Source of the DNA: Octopus sinensis
Lineage: Eukaryota
Assembly: GCF_006345805.1 (NCBI RefSeq)
Contig: NC_042997.1
Location: 34,534,001 to 34,598,000 of the forward strand
DNA: 64,000 nt
Reading direction: 5' to 3'
Position numbers and translations under genes: made by a program. Positions 55,419-64,000 of the stretch are shown in pieces (positions within the stretch are counted from its first letter, which is position 1; the number at the start of each line of letters is the position of its first letter). The notes under the pieces were generated by a model. The model was not told the DNA's origin. It worked only from the letters and a program-made list of their open reading frames with translations, and did no database searches.

Positions 55419-55778
55419 AAGTAAAGAAGCCATCTTATCATGCTAACCACATTGGGGAGGGGGTGTTACTGTAGCTTTATAGCCCCAAGAGATCGTCGTC
55501 TCTAGCTGGCCTTAGACCACAATATCAGTGCTCTTGGAGTATTTGCAAAGGAGGGCCATCCCTTCCTCGCAAGCCTGAGTGATACGCTCGAACTAGTTTC
55601 GGGATTTTTGCGTATCACTCAGGCTTGCGAGGAAGGGATGGCCTCCCTTTGCAAATACTCCAAGAGCACTGATATTGTGTCTAAGGCCAGCTAGAGACGA
55701 CGATCTCTTGGGGCTATAAAGCTACAGTAACACCCCCTCCCCAATGTGGTTAGCCATGATAAAATGGCCTCTTTACTT
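55419..55778. mobile_element. Young palindromic (foldback/MITE-like) element: 169-bp arms, 22-nt loop
   Basis: 55419-55587 is a near-perfect reverse complement of 55610-55778. It is directly preceded by (TA)n. Confidence 0.9.
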
Positions 55779-55826
55779 TACATTATCGAGCAATTACTGT
55801 TTCAATCTCATTCTGAATTTATTATG

Positions 55827-55870
<44 letters not shown>

Positions 55871-55956
55871 TAAAATATTAGGGATAAATATTATGTACTG
55901 GCTTATGTTTTTCATTTCATTGTTTGTTGCCTAATAGTGGTTTATAATATATATAT

Positions 55957-56008
<52 letters not shown>

Positions 56009-56335
56009 TAATATGTGTCGTTTGTGTTGAAGCAAGCTGAGTAGAGCACTGGCACTGTTTGGACTACCTGGTGTCATCCGCAGTCGGGTTATCTTTCCAT
56101 TGGGTCTACTCCAAGAACTCCGCAGTGTTAGTTGAGATAATAATAATTTCGTATTATTCTAAATTGAAAATGGATTTAGTATTAACCTTTATTTTGTACA
56201 ATGGTCGTTTCGACCCATCCTGCTACTGTCCCTGATGGGTGGGACTCCGTTTAACATGTTGTTGCATCTATTTTGCGGTCTGGGTCTCATCACATACATC
56301 CATACATAGTGACTCGCTAAAGATCCTGCGTTCAG

Positions 56336-56375
<40 letters not shown>

Positions 56376-56388
56376 TATAGATAGATAT

Positions 56389-56423
<35 letters not shown>

Positions 56424-56424
<1 letters not shown>

Positions 56425-56712
56425 GTTTCTTTATTGGCCACACAGGGTTGCACACAGGGCTGCACACAGATGGGACCAGTTTACAAGGTAGAGCTTTTCT
56501 TTTGGGGGGGAAAAAAACAAAAAACAAGAAACAAAAAACAGGGGTGGCGTAGGTTTTCGATCAAGAGAGATCGTAAAAGGGAAGAAAAGAACAACAAAAA
56601 ATAAAATAAAAAATAAAAAATAAATAAAGAAGAAAAGGAAAAGGAACAAAAGAAAAGAGAAATGAAAAAAGAAGAAAAAGGGGAAAAAAGGGAAAGAGGA
56701 AAAAAACGATAT
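56424..56712 (-). mobile_element. Unclassified element embedded in (GATA)n, copy 2
   Basis: Reverse complement of 48291-48539 with a small internal duplication. GATA tracts lie at about 56336-56423 and 56714-56822. Confidence 0.8.
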
Positions 56713-56720
56713 TTAGATAA

Positions 56721-56756
<36 letters not shown>

Positions 56757-56757
56757 G

Positions 56758-56809
<52 letters not shown>

Positions 56810-57112
56810 GATAGATAGATAGGTGGATGCCATCTTTCCGGGCGACATTACAGCGATGAAATTGGCCCGAGTGAAGTTAAGGGGAAAGCGAACAATGGCA
56901 ATGTTTAGAGACGGTGATAGCATTTTAAACTGTTTTACACTACTTTCAATCAGTCAGTCAACCGTTTGAGTAAACGGAACCATGAACGCATCCAATATGC
57001 ATATAAAAAACATCTGTAATTCTACAATACAAAATAAATAAATGTATAGAGCTCATTACCCAAGCCTTGTTTTATATACATACATACATACATACTTACA
57101 CACACACACACA

Positions 57113-57143
<31 letters not shown>

Positions 57144-57251
57144 CGTATGTATTGTTGTATTTCGGGATGGTTATCTTGTTTCGCCAAATAAGCACACGCA
57201 CTATATATTTTTCTGTGGGCTTATTTTTCTGTGGGTGCATGGCAGGTTAAC

Positions 57252-57875
57252 TGTAAAGTTAGGAGTGTGGTGTACAGCTTGCAATGTAATGTGGGGCGGT
57301 GCAGTAACAGAGCGTATAAATTGACATTGGCGAGAGCTCAAAGAAGGGAAAAGCTCGTCAGTGCTCTACCAACATGCTCAGGTAGAACATGGAGGCTCAA
57401 TTAATAGCATAGAGGTTAGAGTATTATCGACACATAAAACTGACACGACACTTAGGCAGATCACAGAAGCTACACATATAATAGTAGACAGCAATGTAAA
57501 ATTCTCTTACATTGTAGAGAATCTTACATTGCTTATAAACTCTATATCTGGATGGACTCATATTAAACTCTGTTGGACTTTTGGATTTTACTCAAAGGAT
57601 ATTGGAATATTACACATATATACCATTATGCCTATAAAACTGATTTACGAATTCAATACCCATACATATCTTACATCTATTTTCTTTCCTCCACCTCACT
57701 CTCTATTTTGTATCACATCGAAACTAACTATCACTTAATTCTTCCTCTCACACCGTCTCCGATGAAGGGATATTATTAATTAATATCCTAGAAACAGCTG
57801 TAAGACCTTTCATCTATAAATGCTCTAATAATCTTTACAGCCTTGGTTTTTATCTCATTACGCAAAAAATTCTTA
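57252..57875 (+). mobile_element. Penelope-like element 3' remnant: GIY-YIG endonuclease fragment, 3'UTR and hammerhead, ending at (TA)n
   Basis: CKVRSVVYSLQCNV (57252 onward), then RIN*HWRELKEGKSSSVLYQHAQVEHGGSINSIEVRVLSTHKTDTTLRQITEATHI (to 57480). This fits the VY..C / R..EH / RQITEA pattern of PLE endonucleases. Confidence 0.8.
57755..57806 (+). ncRNA. Type I hammerhead motif with U4-to-C change (probably inactive)
   Basis: 5'-GUCU CCGAUGA A GGGAUAUU AUUAAUU AAUAUCCU A GAAA C AGCU G UA AGAC-3'. Confidence 0.7.
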
Positions 57876-57921
57876 TATATATATGTGCGTGTGTGTGTGT
57901 GTGTGTACGTTGTTTATATAT

Positions 57922-57979
<58 letters not shown>

Positions 57980-58768
57980 TTCTGTGGATGTAATAGGAAA
58001 AGGGAGCTATAAATCGATGGACGGTTATCGAATTAAAGGAAATTTCGATTTGATTTACGTTCCTGTAGATTTCCGTGGTTCACTCTCGGTAGCTATTAGT
58101 GATTGCGCTTTATTCATCAATGTAACCAGGGAAATTACATTGCTAGTTTGGAGTTCCCATTTCAATTCTCTACCATGCACGTGGCAGGAAAGCGAATCTA
58201 AAAAGTTTGGATTTATGACTTTCATTTATACTATACGCGTACGCATGCGTAGGAGAAAGAGAGTGGCAGAGAAAGGAAGAATGAGAGAGAAAAATAGATG
58301 TACGGATACGTGTTTTGATAATCACGCACACAGCAACATAAACATGTATTCAAATAAGGATATAAGCTAACAAAGTGTTCACTTTTTGTCGGTCGCTCAG
58401 CTAGAAAAAGCATTCGAAACTTTTTCTCAAACCACAATCTAATACCATAAAAAAAGAATGGCAATAATGTAGTCTTAGTTACTTTATGTCTAACTTGAAA
58501 GAAAAAGAAAGGACGATTATGATTGCAAGAACATTGATCATACTTTCGCTTGTTGGATCAAAGTCGACCTAGGGTTAAACATGAACAACGATGATAGAGA
58601 CAACAACTGGAAAACATCGCACCAAAAAACAATAAGGGTATGTGTGCATACCTATTCATCTATTTCCTATCATCACAGTCGCAGTCATCTATTTATACAT
58701 CTCACTTCCCCTCTTTCTTCCTCTCTCCCTTTCTGTGCTTTCTCCGCCCCCCTCGGTACTTACACCTG

Positions 58769-58812
<44 letters not shown>

Positions 58813-59113
58813 CATACATATATTACATATGTATGTGCTTAAATATATATATATGTATATACGTATACATACATGTGTATATGTATGAGTATATATGTAT
58901 GTGTTTATATATTTATATGTAAATACGTATATATATATATATGTGTGTGTGTGTTTGTGTGCTTACATATGTATGTATATATACGTGTGTCTATACGTAT
59001 ATACATGTTGATATAAATATATAATGTACATATATACGTTGATACATATACATGTTTATATATATATGTGTATGCGTATGTTTGTATATATATATGTGTA
59101 CACACACACACAT

Positions 59114-59154
<41 letters not shown>

Positions 59155-59770
59155 TATATACAAACATATATATATATATGTATGCCGTGCATAGTATGTA
59201 TATGAGAGTGTGTGTGCGTGTGTATGTATATATGTATGTATGAATGTATGTGAGCATATATGCAAATATGCTTGTTTGGATGAGTGCGGATGATTTTGTA
59301 AAACTTATATCTACAGTCTCTCAAATAGCAAAACGCACAAATAATATAAAATTGCCTAACCAGAAATATGAACATGAATGCTGTAGAGAAGACACCGTAG
59401 TAGATAAGCAGGCTGCTGTTGCATTCCATTTCCAAAAGATTGCAAAAGCAATAGCAAACATATAAAGAAAAAATATTTCCTATCAGTTACAGTATAATAG
59501 TAATGAATGAAATAGGCCTCTATGGAAGTGACCCGATTTAAATAAAGGTTGATACAATAAATTGTTGGATGAGGCTTGATAATCACAATTTTCAGTAAAT
59601 ATATTTCGTAATGATACTGTTATTGATTTTTATAACTTCATCCTACTTCATCTTAGAATTATAGCTATTGAGGAAGAATTACTTTATAGCATTTTTTGTT
59701 GTCCAAGTACGGATATATGAAGATTTATGTCCGGCAGTATACATATATATCTATATATATATATATATAT

Positions 59771-59816
<46 letters not shown>

Positions 59817-59982
59817 TAGAATAGAATAGATGGTGACAATACAATTGCTTGGTTTGCTTATTAAAAAATACATTCTCCTAAAAATCACTATTCATCTATT
59901 ATGAAGGATGTCTATGTATTATGTATGTATATATATATGTATGTATATCTATACATGTATGTATTATGTATATAGATATATA

Positions 59983-60020
<38 letters not shown>

Positions 60021-60290
60021 GTTATGTGTGTGTGTGTGTGTACACACACATATACACATGTAATTCCTTTACTGGTTTCAGCGATTGCACTATGACCATA
60101 CTGGAGGACCGCTATATAGGATTAATCGAAGACATCGACCACCTTACTTATTTTCAAAGTTTGGTACGTATTGCATGGAAATGAGGGACGTTTACGGGGA
60201 ACGTCAGCAAAGGAACATCGATTGCCATGAGGTGAGGGGCAAAAGCTCTCTTTTGGCACCTCCGGCTAACAATATTACTTCGATTAGTAA

Positions 60291-60693
60291 GGAGGTGAGC
60301 TGGCAGAAACGTTAGCACTCCGGGCGAAATGCTTAGCAGTATTTCGTCTGCCGTTACGTTCTGAGTTCGAATTCCGCCGAGGTCGACTTTGCTTTCCATC
60401 CTTTCGGGGTCGATAAACTAAGTACCAGTTACGCACTGGGGTCGATATAATCGACTTAATCCGTCTGTCTGTCCTTGTTTGTCTCCCCTGTGTTTAGCCC
60501 CTTGTGGGTAGTAAAGAAATAGGTATTTCGTATGTCGCTACGTTCTGAGTTCAAATTCCGCCGACGTCGACTTTGCTTTTCATCCTTTCGCGGTCGATTA
60601 AATTAAGTACCAGTTGCGAACTGGGGTCGATCTAATCGACTCGCTCCTTCTCCCAAAATTTCGAGCCTTGTGCCTAGAGTAGAAAAGAATATT
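60291..60693 (+). mobile_element. SINE family A nested dimer (young unit inside an old-tail copy)
   Basis: Junction GAAATA|GGTATTTCG at 60522. An outer duplication, AATATTACTT..ATTAGT(G)AAGGA, lies at 60271-60293 and 60688-60711. Confidence 0.92.
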
Positions 60694-60982
60694 ACTTATA
60701 TTAGTGAAGGACTTCAGGTAATCTTTTGGTAGGATCCCATGTTATGGTTCATCACAATTCTCTATTGTAAAACCGTGGATGGGCTCCAGAAAAACTAGTT
60801 ATTTACACAGAGTGATATATAAGAAACAAGTTAAAAGTAATGGTCATTACAAACTATTTCTTTACTGGACCAAATTTCCTCATTTTTCTTTCACTGTTTT
60901 CAGTTTTCATAATAGGTACATCACCAATAGGTTTACTCAATTGCTCTAATAATATGTAATGGTCATTATTTTTAACTTGTTA

Positions 60983-61018
<36 letters not shown>

Positions 61019-61475
61019 ATACAGGAAAGAGATAATTAAATAAGAGATTGTATAAGGTCACTCGTCGTCAGGAGATCATGGAACACATCTCTCTGAAATC
61101 AAAACCTTGAAACAGCAAGGGCGCGTCAGATAAATTAGCACACGATGTACAGTTGCACAACGCATCAAATAAAACAGGATGGCTACGGACGGATCTCCTT
61201 TGACCACATACGTTAACTCAATAACAAAAATATTCAGCCAAGAGAGCAAGTTTCGGTATCTTGTATCAAGTCTTGTGACGGTTCCTTTGCCTGGACAATT
61301 AATTTTTAAATTGTTGATCTCATAAATTTTAAAGCAGATACAAGTTTATACTACTCACTGTCGTAAGCAGCAATATTTATTGAAGAAATTTCGGCGAGGT
61401 TGACTTTACCTTTCATCCTTTCGGAATCGATAAAATGAGAACTAGTTGAACACTAGGGAGAACTAGTTGAATACC

Positions 61476-61706
61476 TATTTCTTTTACTACCCACAAGGGG
61501 CTAAATACAGAGGGGACAAACAAGGACAGACAAACGGATTAAGTCGATTAGATCGACCCCAGTGCATTGCGTAACTGATACTTATTTAATCGACCTCGAA
61601 AGGATAAAAGGCAAAGTCAACTTCGGCGGAATTTGAACTCAGAACGTAACGGCAGACGAAATACGGCTAAGCATTTCGCCCGGCGTGCTAACGTTTCTGC
61701 CACCTC
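61476..61706 (-). mobile_element. SINE family A young copy, next to a + strand fragment (61385-61455)
   Basis: Full young tail and body; the 3' junction is AAATA|GGTATTCAA. Confidence 0.9.
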
Positions 61707-62413
61707 AAGCTTGCTGGCATTGTGTTGAAATTTGTAACCAATATCTATTTAATGTCATTCAGATTTGCATTTTAGTTTTTCTATAGGTATGAATTAATAT
61801 ACTGAATTGGTTTATCCATAGGTCAAGACAAATGACCCTTATCACTTACTGATATTTTGGATAATAAAAAAACTGGAATATTTGAATCATTCATATAACA
61901 ACATAAGACTTAGGACTCAGAAATGCAGCATAAAAGGAGAATGACGCTATTCCCATTAGAGATTTCAACACCCATCCATTAGAAATAGATATTTGATGCT
62001 GCTCACATATTTCAAAGATATAAAGTAAATCAATAAAAGTATAATACACAGTTACTTTCTGTCACTGTGAGCTTGAGTTTTGACAGAAGGCAATTCATAT
62101 TTCTAACTTATATGATTGATAATTGAGTTTTATGATATCATAATGCAAGGAGTAATAAATTAAATTTCTTTCTTTTAAACCTTTAGATACCCAATCCTTT
62201 TATTGAGACATATGTATGTACACACACACACACACACACACACACGTAATATATTCATATATATACACACACATATTTATATGTATGTATTTGTATATAT
62301 GTATGTATATATATATATATGTATATATACATACATACATATATAGATAAATATATATATATATATGTATGGATATATAGTGTGGTGTGTGCATGTATAT
62401 ATATATATAATAT

Positions 62414-62472
<59 letters not shown>

Positions 62473-62884
62473 TACATATACATACATACATATATACATA
62501 CATATATATATATATAGTGCACTTTTCCGTTATGGTAAGATCAGCAAAAGAATTAATCCATATGGTGAGAGATAAATATTTTTTAATAAATATGATGTAT
62601 GTTTTTTTATGTGCTACTATTTGTTTCATGTACTGAGAGCACGCCACACGGGTTTTTAACACGTCTGGTGTCATAGCACAATCATCGGACAATGTATAAT
62701 GGCATACATTATGCCATGTGCGCAGTGTCTGAAGATTGTGCTAATAGTGTCATATACAAACATATAAGTTGTCTATTTATTATTAAATATGATAATATAA
62801 GTTATTTGCATGTTTTTGACTTACGAAAGAAATTTGCCATGCTACTTGGATTTTTCTCTTCCTAAATATGTGTGTGTGTGTGTC

Positions 62885-62928
<44 letters not shown>

Positions 62929-63075
62929 TTTGTGTGTTTGTATATGTGTTTGTGTGTGTGTATAGATGATTACATTTTCGGATGCGTGTGTTTTCGTTCT
63001 ACAAACTTTTAGCGTATTGCACGGTGAGTATCTAATGTCTGCATTATGTGCTTATTTACGTACGTGTATGTGTGT

Positions 63076-63108
<33 letters not shown>

Positions 63109-63344
63109 GCGCGCGTGCGTATGTGTTGTTATTAGCCCTAACGACGCGCAGAATGCAATGATAGAAAAATACAACAGTGCCATCAAGATTCCCAAAGCAC
63201 ATGCTCGTATTAAATATGTTAGAAGCTATTTCTCTCGATAATGACGAAAACAGTCTGAATCGAATCATCAGAAATTACCTCAGGCTTCCTAGCCTTACAC
63301 CGCGTGCTATATTCCGTTGTGTCTGAGCTGAAATACCCATCACC

Positions 63345-63575
63345 TATTTCTTTATTACCCACAAGGGGCTAAACATAGAGGGGACAAACAAGGACAGACA
63401 TAGGTATTAAGTCGATTACATCGACCCCAGTGCATAACTGGTACTTAATTTATCGACCCCGAAAGGATGAAAGGCAGAGTCGACCTCGGCGGAATTTGAA
63501 CTCACAACATAACGGCAGACGAAATACTGCTAAGCATTTCGCCCGATGTGCTAACGGTTCTGCTAGCTCGCCGCC
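63345..63575 (-). mobile_element. SINE family A, full length
   Basis: Head GGCGGCGAGCTAGCAGAACCG through tail TAAAGAAATA. Confidence 0.92.
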
Positions 63576-63586
63576 TTTTTTCTTAA

Positions 63587-63640
63587 CGAACCCAGGCCGC
63601 GTGGGTGAAAGCCAGGAATCCTAGCCACTAGACCACATGA
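63587..63640 (-). pseudogene. 3'-truncated tRNA-Glu(TTC)-derived fragment
   Basis: Minus strand TCATGTGGTCTAGTGGCTAGGATTCCTGGCTTTCACCCACGCGGCCTGGGTTCG matches the metazoan tRNA-Glu(TTC) D arm, anticodon arm (CCTGG CT TTC AC CCACG) and T arm up to GTTCG. There is no acceptor stem. The 5' end is duplicated at 63641-63660. Confidence 0.8.
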
Positions 63641-63689
63641 GACCACACTAGACCACATGAGCTGAAATACTTTTCACCTGCAGAAGTGT

Positions 63690-64000
63690 TTCATCTGTGG
63701 TCTTTTGCCAACCATGATAACATTGTACACGTCTTAGCTTCCATGGTTCTCTCTGCCGGACCTTCCTTCAGTTCTTAGACTCTATACCGATCTTAAAGAA
63801 ATTGTGCACTGATCTTGCTCGGAAAACCGCTGCAGTTGACTTCAGTGAGGTAGGAGGCTGTACACCATCCTTGACAAAAGCCTCATCAATCAAATCTTGG
63901 CATTTAACTATTTTTGCTTGGTGAGAAATAAAAGCTTTTCCTTCCAGTACACAGTGACTTTAACTATCATATTGTTTTCCTACTACTGAACCCTTGCAAG
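63690..64000 (-). mobile_element. Hero/NeSL-like RLE C-terminal relic (runs off the window edge)
   Basis: Frameshifted pieces MIVKVTVYWKEK, VKCQDLIDEA and GWCTASYLTEVNCSGFPSKIS...LSWLAK resemble the ELTVPWEE..KY.DL..E..GW....EVGCRGF..WLW pattern. Confidence 0.6.

Noticed and set aside
55575-55625. CGAAAC in the palindrome loop (minus strand) as part of a hammerhead
   Set aside because: The upstream sequence is CTGAGTG, not CTGANGA, and it is locked in the long stem.
60835-60955. Penelope-like end or hammerhead remnant (GGTCATTACAAACTATTTC ... GGTACATCACC)
   Set aside because: No CUGANGA core and no pairing stem II could be found.
63587-63640. Functional tRNA-Glu gene
   Set aside because: The 3' half of the T arm and the acceptor stem are missing, and there is an anticodon-stem mismatch. 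SINE heads were likewise not called as tRNA genes.

Overview
AT-rich, microsatellite-saturated animal DNA. The tRNA-derived SINE set resembles, from memory, octopus/cephalopod repeats; this is an inference I could not verify. I can support no intact protein-coding gene. Almost every listed ORF is a translated microsatellite, and the few with real motifs are decayed retroelement fragments. The window looks intronic or intergenic. It contains four tRNA-headed SINE families (about 30 copies or fragments), four R4/Dong-like and one Hero/NeSL-like restriction-like-endonuclease (RLE) LINE relics, and one or two old RT relics. It also has a non-autonomous Helitron, two long palindromic (foldback) elements, Penelope-like remnants and two copies of a GATA-repeat-embedded element. 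Main points for follow-up: (1) six type I hammerhead-ribozyme motifs from five different sequence families, mostly at Penelope-like ends next to (TA)n, including one head-to-head inverted pair; (2) a SINE whose TSDs start with RGT(A) and which repeatedly inserts into its own family; (3) a tRNA-Glu/SINE chimeric insertion; (4) a discrete 250-290 bp element found twice inside (TATC)n; (5) head/tail shuffling between SINE families.
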